The notes below the pieces were generated by a model, which saw only the letters and a list, made by a program, of their open reading frames with translations, was not told the DNA's origin and searched no databases. Shown here piece after piece: positions 29,891 to 37,477 of a stretch of DNA of 37,868 nucleotides. Source of the stretch: a virus; IMG/VR virus record IMGVR_UViG_3300023223_000189, positions 1-37,868 of that record; one strand, written 5' to 3'. Each line of letters opens with the position of its first letter. The first letter of the stretch is position 1. The position numbers and the translations under genes were made by a program.

Positions 29891-31944
29891 ACCACTGAGC
29901 CTGGAACATCTTGGCCGCTGCCTACCTCTAGCTTGGTAAGCTCTGTCGCTGTCTTCATGTCAGCTTGGCGTGCATCCTCCCTAAGCTGGGCTATCTCTAG
30001 CTGCATGTTCTCATTAAATTGCCGTTGTTGCTCTAGGGCTTTTGCTATATCAGCTTGCTGCTGTCCCTGTGCCTTAATAAGACTCGCCTGGGCCTTGATC
30101 TGCTCAGCCTCAGCCAATGGATTAGATTGTGCCTGCTGCTGCAATATCTGCAGGTTCTGCTTCAGAATCTCATTCTCTCGCTGCAGCAGCTCTTCAGGCT
30201 GTTCAGGATCGTTAAAGAATTCGTCGACCCGGGATAAACCTAGCCCCTTAACAATGCGTGATAGGGTGTTGAACAGCTTAGGCTCATCAACCAACGACGA
30301 CCCGGTTTGTTGTAACTGCTGCTGAACACCTAGCAGGATAGACATTGAATCTACCAGCTTATCGTTATCGCCAGCACCTAGACCCACATTAGATTCAACA
30401 TGGTGGTCATACTTCCAGCCAGAAGGATTAACAGTCATCGCCTTGCCGAGCACACGGAACTCTGTCTCTGTATCCTGGAATCGACTAACGAGCCATGCCA
30501 GCCCTTCATAGAGTTTGCGGAATCCTGTCTCTGCGATAACCCTGGCCACTAGCTCGATTTTAGCCGTGCCCTCAGCATTCATTCCATCAAAGCGTGTAGC
30601 TGTCTCGCCATTCAATGAATCACTATTCAAACCCTGAGACGCCATTAATGTGCCTGTGGATTGAGCGCGAGCAAAGTCTAGGTATTGAATAATCTGGAGA
30701 GATTTGTCACCCACATACTGAGTGGTCAGCGGGAATACTGCAGTCTGTACGTCACCCTCAGTCCTGACAATACCGTTAGGCCGAACAGTTAGCATGTCAT
30801 CAAGGTTTACCTTGTCACTCACCACGTTGCGGGCATTGTTAACAAAGTAGAGGTTGTCAAGAGTTTGACGCAGCACTACTGTCTTAACGCGCTGGTTGGA
30901 TTGAGTGAGCTCTGCCCTGGAACGACCGATAGCTTTGTGTGGCATCAATAGCGAGCTGATCATGGCATAAGGTACATGATCAAATTGCTCGTTAACCAAG
31001 ATGTGATTGCCTGACTTAATGATATGCCGGCGCTCAGCAATACCATCACCATCAAAGTCTACCTTGATAGACATATCAATGATCTCTACTTCTTGAGATG
31101 CCCAATCACCGATATTCTCGTCGAAGTCACCGCCCTCATCACGAAAGCGTATCTGCTTCAGGGTGGACTGATTAAGCCTCTCAGTCTCAAAGGTTGGCAA
31201 CATGCTGATTAGATCACGCTCAAATCCCTCAGATACTAGGTCGCCTCTAGTCTTGAGCATCCTGTCACCCACTATTTCAGCATCTTCTAAGCTGGATGAG
31301 TTGCGGGTGATCAAGAAAGATTCAGTGGGTACGTTTACGATACAGACTTTCTGGGTGCCTTTAGTGACGCGGAACTCAATATCGAAGGTGTTTGGCGTAT
31401 CAGCATCGGTCTCAATCTCTGACTGACCAGTGATCTCTACCTTAGACACGTCCTCGCCGCGCAAAGACTCCATGATATCCTGAAGCTCTAGCGGATCAAC
31501 GCCTTTATATTTAACCTCTTCCGTCTCTCGCTTGTCGTCAATGAAGTACTTAACAACGCCCATCTTTTGTATCTCGGCATCCTTCAGCCAGCCATGAATG
31601 GTAGCGAATGACTCCGGCTGATTGCGTACCAGCCAATTGATATACTTGGTCTTGTCCTCAGCCTCTTGAATCTCATCCTCATTCTCGGTGTTTGACTGAA
31701 AGCTAACAACATTACCTGAACCAAGGAATACCCTGGCCAGGCTGGGCATATCTGATTCAACCACATCTGCAATGTCAGTAGAGACCACACTCGATCGACC
31801 CTCTACCTCATCACCGTAAGGCTCTGCCAAGTACTCTTTCAGCAACCGCTCATTGTCAGCCATGAACTCGCCGTTAAATGCCACAGCATCCGACTCAGCT
31901 TCATTAATGAGGGCTACTAATCGGTTCTCGCTCATCTCTGCCAT
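29887..31944 (-). CDS. Portal protein (P22-type, with C-terminal coiled-coil barrel)
   Basis: 685 aa. LLKEYLAEPYGDEVEGRSSVVSTDIADVVES is the portal N-terminal motif. There is a long Gln-rich helical C-terminus. Confidence 0.8.
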   Translation of the reverse strand: MAEMSENRLVALINEAESDAVAFNGEFMADNERLLKEYLAEPYGDEVEGRSSVVSTDIADVVESDMPSLARVFLGSGNVVSFQSNTENEDEIQEAEDKTKYINWLVRNQPESFATIHGWLKDAEIQKMGVVKYFIDDKRETEEVKYKGVDPLELQDIMESLRGEDVSKVEITGQSEIETDADTPNTFDIEFRVTKGTQKVCIVNVPTESFLITRNSSSLEDAEIVGDRMLKTRGDLVSEGFERDLISMLPTFETERLNQSTLKQIRFRDEGGDFDENIGDWASQEVEIIDMSIKVDFDGDGIAERRHIIKSGNHILVNEQFDHVPYAMISSLLMPHKAIGRSRAELTQSNQRVKTVVLRQTLDNLYFVNNARNVVSDKVNLDDMLTVRPNGIVRTEGDVQTAVFPLTTQYVGDKSLQIIQYLDFARAQSTGTLMASQGLNSDSLNGETATRFDGMNAEGTAKIELVARVIAETGFRKLYEGLAWLVSRFQDTETEFRVLGKAMTVNPSGWKYDHHVESNVGLGAGDNDKLVDSMSILLGVQQQLQQTGSSLVDEPKLFNTLSRIVKGLGLSRVDEFFNDPEQPEELLQRENEILKQNLQILQQQAQSNPLAEAEQIKAQASLIKAQGQQQADIAKALEQQRQFNENMQLEIAQLREDARQADMKTATELTKLEVGSGQDVPGSVV

Positions 31945-33464
31945 TAAGCTATGCTCATCTTTTGGTAGTCAAGTTTGCCCCAGCTCTTCTTAACTGGCGG
32001 CTGAAATATGTTCATCATCATAGAGTCCCACATGTTCGGGGATTCGATGCCTAATGACTTCATCTCTTGCTTAGTCATTATCTGGATAAGCCCTGTGTTA
32101 TTCTTCTTTCTTGGTATTCTGCAAACCTCCGACCTCAGCCTATCAATAGACTCAATACCATCTGAATCCAGGCTAATCATATCCGCAGGGTCTACATAAT
32201 CACCCCTAACAACACAGCGATATGTATTATAAAACAAGTCAGCCATTCTAATCGAATACTGAGAGCGGTTATTTTTGAACGTCTCAGCATAGGTTTTGGG
32301 CTTATCTGCTAGCTTATCGTCGCCATCTGTCGGTAAGTATACATCATCTGCATTATCTTGGCCTATTCCAGACAATGACCCTCTGAACATATGGGTTTGC
32401 ACTTTCTTGCCACTAAACGCATCAGATACTTGGCGCTTTAACCCTGCCCCCATTCCATCACCATCCCAGATAAACCAGTCGGCACTATCGCGGATAGCCA
32501 TATCGGTAGCCCAATCACAGCCTTCATCTATCTCGCCATCAGTCTTCTCTAGCACCTTCAAGAATACCGAGCCATGCCGCAAAGCATAGCCTTTTGGATC
32601 GTTACCTGTATCAGAGGGGTCGTGTGATGCCATGATGGCACCGAGCGGCTTAAACACTGTCTTCAGTCTGTCTAGCTTATGAGCATCAATAGCGGCGTCA
32701 AACCACTCGGGCTTGATAATAGAGTTCTCTACCTCATCCAAGTATTTACCATGCCACTTGTGGTCGTAGGCTGCTTTGGATAGCTTCTTTTCATCATCAA
32801 GCCGCTCCTCCTCAAGCCCTGACGCGACAAACCATTCTTTAGGCATGTCGGTATAGTTCATTTGAACAACCATAATTAGGTCGTCTTCATAGTACCCGCA
32901 GCGCTGCAAGTCCCTCTCTGCCCGCTCTAGCCACTTCTGAGCAACAGCCCCAGTCCTTGCGCCCCTGTTCATAGTGATGATGATTTCAGGCATTTTTACA
33001 TCTTCGCCAGCTATCAATCTCTGAGAGTCTTTAGCGTTCAGTCGAACAGATGCGGTCAACACCCTGAGTGTGTTGTCTGATATATCCTCGCCTTCCTCAA
33101 TCCATAGCCCGTCAATACCTGACAGTGTGGATTTAAGCGAGGTAATGTTTCTGGCTAGACCTCGGTAGAATGTACGGCCGCCCGTAGGAAGGTGAGTAAT
33201 TGAGGTTTTGGTATCTTCAAAGCCGCCAATCTCTAGCCGACTGATTTCATCCAGGATAGTACGGTGTACTGACTCCTCAATGCTGTTCTGGTTCTCGCGA
33301 GCGCAACACCATAGCTCGCCTGTCGTTAGCTTGGCCGCAACGTAATCAGCGACACCGGTACTCTTAGTGCTGCCTCTACCGCCAACAATGATCTTAATCC
33401 GCTTGGGCTTGATGAATATGGGATAGAGGTTTTTTACATACTCTATTTTGATTCTATTTCCCAT
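31944..33464 (-). CDS. terL: Terminase large subunit
   Basis: 506 aa. Walker A VGGRGSTKST and nuclease-half acidic motifs are present. It lies upstream of the portal. Confidence 0.85.
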   Translation of the reverse strand: MGNRIKIEYVKNLYPIFIKPKRIKIIVGGRGSTKSTGVADYVAAKLTTGELWCCARENQNSIEESVHRTILDEISRLEIGGFEDTKTSITHLPTGGRTFYRGLARNITSLKSTLSGIDGLWIEEGEDISDNTLRVLTASVRLNAKDSQRLIAGEDVKMPEIIITMNRGARTGAVAQKWLERAERDLQRCGYYEDDLIMVVQMNYTDMPKEWFVASGLEEERLDDEKKLSKAAYDHKWHGKYLDEVENSIIKPEWFDAAIDAHKLDRLKTVFKPLGAIMASHDPSDTGNDPKGYALRHGSVFLKVLEKTDGEIDEGCDWATDMAIRDSADWFIWDGDGMGAGLKRQVSDAFSGKKVQTHMFRGSLSGIGQDNADDVYLPTDGDDKLADKPKTYAETFKNNRSQYSIRMADLFYNTYRCVVRGDYVDPADMISLDSDGIESIDRLRSEVCRIPRKKNNTGLIQIMTKQEMKSLGIESPNMWDSMMMNIFQPPVKKSWGKLDYQKMSIA

Positions 33465-33843
33465 CTGAACCTACAGGGATGAATTCAAATACTGAGTCTG
33501 TTTGAACGGGGCCACCACCAGGCGCTGACAGCGTGTTGTCGACCTTATCGCTGTAGCCATGGTTAGCTAAGGCAAGCTTAACTATCGTTGGATTGAACTC
33601 ATTTGCTAACCCCTTATGTACCAAAGAAAGCTCTTGCATTTCATTACATTGAGCTAACGTGTCAGAAATATCCCCTCTTCCATCCTTGCCCCAGAGGTAA
33701 AGTGTTGATTTTGCTACACCTATTGCAACAGACATCCCCACTATGCTTGGTAGGGGGTGGCCATACTCATCACTGTAATTAACCAAGTAATCCCTGGCTG
33801 CATCATTCAGCGCCCTAGTGTACTTAGTCGGTCGGCCTGCCAT
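33454..33843 (-). CDS. terS: Terminase small subunit (gp3-like)
   Basis: MAGRPTKYT...PSIVGMSVAIGVAKSTLYLWGK is the typical small-terminase HTH N-terminus. It overlaps terL by 11 nt. Confidence 0.75.
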   Translation of the reverse strand: MAGRPTKYTRALNDAARDYLVNYSDEYGHPLPSIVGMSVAIGVAKSTLYLWGKDGRGDISDTLAQCNEMQELSLVHKGLANEFNPTIVKLALANHGYSDKVDNTLSAPGGGPVQTDSVFEFIPVGSDGK

Positions 33844-33875
33844 CTTACTACCCCTAGAGCATTTACCTAGCTCTG

Positions 33876-33974
33876 TTACTTACGTTTCTTGGTTGATTTG
33901 GACTTATTGGACTTACGAGAGCTCTTATTAGTGGCTGCCCGCTGGCCGCGCTTAGGCTTTGTTTTATGAACCAT
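33876..33974 (-). CDS. 32-aa extremely basic micro-ORF (below ORF-track cutoff)
   Basis: Hand translation MVHKTKPKRGQRAATNKSSRKSNKSKSTKKRK. The ATG lies 1 nt after the upstream stop. Confidence 0.3.
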   Translation of the reverse strand: MVHKTKPKRGQRAATNKSSRKSNKSKSTKKRK

Positions 33975-33975
33975 A

Positions 33976-34263
33976 TTAACCTCTATTAATTACTGCAATA
34001 GCTCTACCGACAATTTCAATACTTGTCGACCCGTCAGCGCCTGTGACTTCAAACTCTGATCTTAGCACATGGCTTTCGTATACCTCGGCAATAGTTGTAG
34101 CCGTCCTTGCAGCAGCACCCCTGCCGACAGAGTTGGTCGTATAGTGCGTTAGTGTGCCTGTGGAGAATGTACCCTGTACGCTGATCTCGCTAGGGCCTGC
34201 AAAATACATGGTTCCTGTAGTTGTGCCGCTAGTTAGAGTTAATCTTTGTTCGCCATTAGCCAT
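33976..34263 (-). CDS. Hypothetical beta-rich protein
   Basis: 95 aa, AGGATAA Shine-Dalgarno. Confidence 0.5.
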   Translation of the reverse strand: MANGEQRLTLTSGTTTGTMYFAGPSEISVQGTFSTGTLTHYTTNSVGRGAAARTATTIAEVYESHVLRSEFEVTGADGSTSIEIVGRAIAVINRG

Positions 34264-34267
34264 ATTC

Positions 34268-34867
34268 TTATCCTGTTAGGTTTGATGTTAGTGGGCGGGT
34301 TAGGCTGGAGGTTAGAGGGCTTGTTAAGGCTGGGCCTAGGAATGAGTAATCAACGAACATAACGTGTTGCTTGTCGCCAGCGTTGCCCCATGTAGCGCCT
34401 GTTAATCCATCTGTTGATCTTGCCGCCCTTGGTATTTCTGTCCATGTCGCAGCCGTATTAGCAATGTTAAATGACGCAGCGCCCGATGAATGGGCTACGA
34501 CTACCGGAGTTATCGATGAAGGGACTGATATTAAATGATTTATATTTAAAATATGCTCAGCTTCTGTCATGCCGGCAGGAATCGGTAAAACAAACTCGCC
34601 TAAACTGGGGCCTGTAGGTCGTATTTGTAATGGGCTTCCCACTTCGGCACTGTCATATACCCTAATTGTGACCTCGGCAGCAGTTACTCCGCTTGCGCTA
34701 GCACCCCTAATTGTAATTTTATTAAGGAAAATGTCTTGGGTTTCTTCAGGAAATAGAAGATTATTCTCGCCTATATTAGCAACATTATTAGTCGTACCCG
34801 TCCACTCTGCAGCGCCCAAGGTAACCATTGAGCCAACAGCTGAAGTTACTACGTAACCAAATTGCAT
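34268..34867 (-). CDS. Hypothetical beta-rich protein with C-terminal (xLTx)5 repeat
   Basis: 199 aa. It ends ALTS PLTS SLTR PLTS NLTG, encoded by five 12-nt units. Confidence 0.5.
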   Translation of the reverse strand: MQFGYVVTSAVGSMVTLGAAEWTGTTNNVANIGENNLLFPEETQDIFLNKITIRGASASGVTAAEVTIRVYDSAEVGSPLQIRPTGPSLGEFVLPIPAGMTEAEHILNINHLISVPSSITPVVVAHSSGAASFNIANTAATWTEIPRAARSTDGLTGATWGNAGDKQHVMFVDYSFLGPALTSPLTSSLTRPLTSNLTG

Positions 34868-34920
34868 TATCTAATAACCCTATTCATTTGATTAATCTAT
34901 ACCTGATTGGAAGTATGGAA

Positions 34921-35115
34921 TCAGCCTGTTGACCGAGTTCTAACGCGATTCTTGTACTCTCTGCCTTCATACCTTACGCGGCAGAAACCGTTTGATCCTA
35001 TCCATGCAATACTTAAATCAGACCATGGCTCACATAGAGAAACCTTGTGATAGTCCGCCTCATCGGGCAGGTCCGGTAAATCAAGTATTTGGGTATAGTC
35101 GTGGGTATCGGTCAT
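34921..35115 (-). CDS. Hypothetical protein
   Basis: 64 aa, AAGGG Shine-Dalgarno. Confidence 0.5.
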   Translation of the reverse strand: MTDTHDYTQILDLPDLPDEADYHKVSLCEPWSDLSIAWIGSNGFCRVRYEGREYKNRVRTRSTG

Positions 35116-35161
35116 CCCTTAGCCTGCTGGCTTGTCCATTTTGAGTGATATTGTCATTGTA

Positions 35162-35320
35162 TCATGACTTAGCAGGATGGCGAATAGTTGGCCTACATAG
35201 GGACGACCAAGGTACAGGTGTTATCTCGCCGTTGTGCCACTTTACCCGTCTGGTGCGTTTGCCGTCATCCAGATAGATCAAGTGGCCGGTTCGGGGTGGA
35301 TTAGTGGTGATGACTCTCAC
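35162..35320 (-). CDS. 52-aa hypothetical protein, GTG start (below ORF-track cutoff)
   Basis: GTGA overlap with the upstream micro-gene. Hand translation (M)RVITTNPPRTGHLIYLDDGKRTRRVKWHNGEITPVPWSSLCRPTIRHPAKS. Confidence 0.35.
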   Translation of the reverse strand: MRVITTNPPRTGHLIYLDDGKRTRRVKWHNGEITPVPWSSLCRPTIRHPAKS

Positions 35321-35466
35321 AAGCTCACGTTAGTGATGTCGGTATCTATCCATTTTGCGGTTATCTTATACCTACCGTCGGCTTCTGCCAGCTCCTCATC
35401 CAGCTCTATTTGTGTGGCTAAATTTTCTATCTGATCTAGGATTTCATCTGCTTGATCTGTATTCAT
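35317..35466 (-). CDS. 49-aa acidic hypothetical protein (below ORF-track cutoff)
   Basis: AAGGAA Shine-Dalgarno. Hand translation MNTDQADEILDQIENLATQIELDEELAEADGRYKITAKWIDTDITNVSL. Confidence 0.45.
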   Translation of the reverse strand: MNTDQADEILDQIENLATQIELDEELAEADGRYKITAKWIDTDITNVSL

Positions 35467-35496
35467 ACCTATTCCTTATCCCGCTATGGGGTGTGT

Positions 35497-35721
35497 TTAT
35501 GGGGTGTCTGACAGGATATTATCGGCCAACTTATCACAAATCTCTTGTCGTACCTCCTCGTTTGCCTGAGCACCAGCTAGAAAGGCACGCTCCAGTCTGT
35601 TTTTGATAAAATATCGATACTTCTCGGATCTCAATTCCAGTGACTTGGCGTCCATGCACCCTTTACCCTCATCGCTATCGAACCACTCGTCTCGCTTTAT
35701 TGCTAGCTCACTTTTTGCCAT
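35497..35721 (-). CDS. Hypothetical protein
   Basis: 74 aa, AAGGAA Shine-Dalgarno. Confidence 0.55.
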   Translation of the reverse strand: MAKSELAIKRDEWFDSDEGKGCMDAKSLELRSEKYRYFIKNRLERAFLAGAQANEEVRQEICDKLADNILSDTP

Positions 35722-35776
35722 GCTTATTCCTTATGTCCCGTATATGGGGGCTGTGGGTTAATTAGAACGGGATTCA

Positions 35777-36067
35777 TCAGAAAGGGATATCTTGCGAATC
35801 ATCAAATGACGGATCATATGCCGGCGGTTGCTGCTGTGGAGCCCCGTAGAACACCTTGCTATTGCCAAGGATAGTCGTCTGCACCCCTTGATCCCGCTCC
35901 TCCTTTGATACTGATTGCGAGATGAATCCGTGGTTGCCGTACTGGTCCACGTTGTCAGTATCGATAAAGGTGGTCAAGTCAAGGTAAGTCCCTTTGGCTC
36001 CCTTGAACAGTCGAGCCTTATCAATCTTTGATACGTCGATTTTAATGCTGATGCCTAGCTTTGCCAT
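35777..36067 (-). CDS. Small SSB-like protein with Pro/Gln linker and acidic C-terminal tip ...DDSQDIPF
   Basis: 96 aa. The C-terminal DIPF matches the bacterial SSB tip. It lies in the replication-gene neighbourhood. The core is not recognisably a canonical OB-fold SSB by eye. Confidence 0.45.
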   Translation of the reverse strand: MAKLGISIKIDVSKIDKARLFKGAKGTYLDLTTFIDTDNVDQYGNHGFISQSVSKEERDQGVQTTILGNSKVFYGAPQQQPPAYDPSFDDSQDIPF

Positions 36068-36096
36068 TGTTTTTCCTTAAGTTTTTCGTTTAAACC

Positions 36097-36111
36097 ACTT
36101 TTCTGAAAAGT
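36097..36111. promoter_or_regulatory. Perfect 15-bp palindrome ACTTTTCTGAAAAGT upstream of the SSB-like gene
   Basis: Read directly. It lies 30 bp upstream of the ATG at 36067. Confidence 0.3.
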
Positions 36112-36153
36112 TGTTTAAGTGATCCCCTTATATGGTAATGGGGTGGTGTTGGG

Positions 36154-36360
36154 TTATGTGCCTGACCGCTTGAAACACTTTTTAATACGGCTGAAATGCA
36201 TCCAGTCAATAATGCCGTCGCATCGAACTAATGCTTTTGATGCAGGGCTATCGATTTGCTCGACCTCAATATTACCCCCGTCCATTAGAAGGAAGTGCTG
36301 CCCGGAAAGGCTCATGGCGCAATCCTTTACCGCCTCATATTTTCCAATTGATATTTCCAT
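36154..36360 (-). CDS. Hypothetical protein
   Basis: 68 aa, coupled to the upstream gene. Confidence 0.5.
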   Translation of the reverse strand: MEISIGKYEAVKDCAMSLSGQHFLLMDGGNIEVEQIDSPASKALVRCDGIIDWMHFSRIKKCFKRSGT

Positions 36361-36548
36361 TAGTGCAATACCCTCAAAAAGTTGTTTGCGATTACTTCCT
36401 GCCGGAGCTCTTCAATCTCAAGCCATGCCGTACTGCCCGGGTCTGGAAGGTGGTTGCGCATTACGATTAGATGAGCGTCAAGCATGGTCTGGCTGGTTGC
36501 CCTCCATATTCCTGCGATGATTACTTCCTGTGTGCTTTTCATCTGCAT
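36360..36548 (-). CDS. Hypothetical protein
   Basis: 62 aa. Starts MQM; the second ATG (36542) is equally possible. Confidence 0.5.
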   Translation of the reverse strand: MQMKSTQEVIIAGIWRATSQTMLDAHLIVMRNHLPDPGSTAWLEIEELRQEVIANNFLRVLH

Positions 36549-36560
36549 ATCCCCCTGTCG

Positions 36561-36731
36561 CTAATCTGAAATCGTATCAATGTACTCTTTTGCCTTTTTC
36601 TCACCATCAATACATCCCAGACCCGGGTATTCTCTTAAAATATACCCCAAATCCTCAACAGTCGTTGTTCCACCCCATTCGTTATATCTTATTCCAAATC
36701 CTTTGTACCAATAAAAACTTTCCATCTGCAT
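36561..36731 (-). CDS. 56-aa hypothetical protein (below ORF-track cutoff)
   Basis: AAGGAG Shine-Dalgarno. Hand translation MQMESFYWYKGFGIRYNEWGGTTTVEDLGYILREYPGLGCIDGEKKAKEYIDTISD. Confidence 0.45.
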   Translation of the reverse strand: MQMESFYWYKGFGIRYNEWGGTTTVEDLGYILREYPGLGCIDGEKKAKEYIDTISD

Positions 36732-36779
36732 ATCTCCTTTTGTATGCCTTATTGTAGCCCGTGTTGTTGCTGTCTTAGA

Positions 36780-36938
36780 TTAAGTTTTTGTAACGTCTGG
36801 ACGCCATCCGCATAGACCGAATACATAGCTCCATGTAGAAATAGTTCTGGGGCTATAGCATTCTTTGTTAATTGGCGCATTGCTTCCTGCTGCCAACCGG
36901 TATGCTAGCGCTTCAGATACGTTATCGAAGTGAGTCAT
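36780..36938 (-). CDS. 52-aa hypothetical protein (below ORF-track cutoff)
   Basis: ATGA overlap with the P-like gene stop. Hand translation MTHFDNVSEALAYRLAAGSNAPINKECYSPRTISTWSYVFGLCGWRPDVTKT. Confidence 0.4.
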   Translation of the reverse strand: MTHFDNVSEALAYRLAAGSNAPINKECYSPRTISTWSYVFGLCGWRPDVTKT

Positions 36939-37477
36939 AGTAAATCCTTAAGTGATCCCATTGCTTTGTCCCTTGCGCCTTTGATGCGCCCCTTGCGTCC
37001 TGAGTCCTCGATACAGAGCGTTTGCTCCTTGTCCCGGGCAACCAGGTTGGGGTGACGCTCATAGCTGGCAGCGCTCTGTCCTGCCGTAGCTGACACCTCA
37101 TTCTTTGGAGGGAAGCACATAGCAACAAACATTGCCGGCGTCCCGGGTGGCCATACTTCTCGACAATGAGCAATATCAGCGCTGATTTTCATCTCGACCC
37201 GGTCAAATCCATATTTCCAATCTTTATCCTTCAGTTTTCTGGTCACATGATACCAATCTAGGAATCCCTCGCTGGCCGTCCCATCCTGGTTGGTCATCTG
37301 CCCCCATTGGCCGGTCCACTTGTTCGAGAACATGTTGCCCATCCATGACCACATTGCCGCTACCTTGTCCGCGTGGACTTGGTCCCATGCCTCTGAATGC
37401 TGCCGCGTCCCGCTCTCTTGCTTCCCTTGCGATGTCCATTGATGGACGTTTTTGGTTAGGTTGTTGATGTCCTGCAT
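36935..37477 (-). CDS. Replication protein P-like (helicase-loader-like)
   Basis: HCREVWPPGTPAMFVAMC resembles lambda P ...RPFLPSPGQFVAWCRE. ATG 37477 is preceded by AAGGTGG. It lies directly after the O-like gene. Confidence 0.5.
   Translation of the reverse strand: MQDINNLTKNVHQWTSQGKQESGTRQHSEAWDQVHADKVAAMWSWMGNMFSNKWTGQWGQMTNQDGTASEGFLDWYHVTRKLKDKDWKYGFDRVEMKISADIAHCREVWPPGTPAMFVAMCFPPKNEVSATAGQSAASYERHPNLVARDKEQTLCIEDSGRKGRIKGARDKAMGSLKDLL

Noticed and set aside
15780-31426. Many plus-strand ORFs (for example 16143..16511, 18067..18576, 20628..20831, 23564..23962, 28982..29200, 29843..30325, 31202..31426) inside the structural genes
   Set aside because: They are antisense shadow ORFs that lie entirely within long, well-supported minus-strand genes. 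They have Ser/Cys/Leu/Pro-rich low-complexity translations and no start context.
37224-37477. Programmed -1 frameshift joining O-like and P-like proteins
   Set aside because: The P frame is +1 relative to the O frame. The only A-run nearby (CAAAAAC) is not a canonical X XXY YYZ heptamer. An independent Shine-Dalgarno-driven start for P is the simpler explanation.
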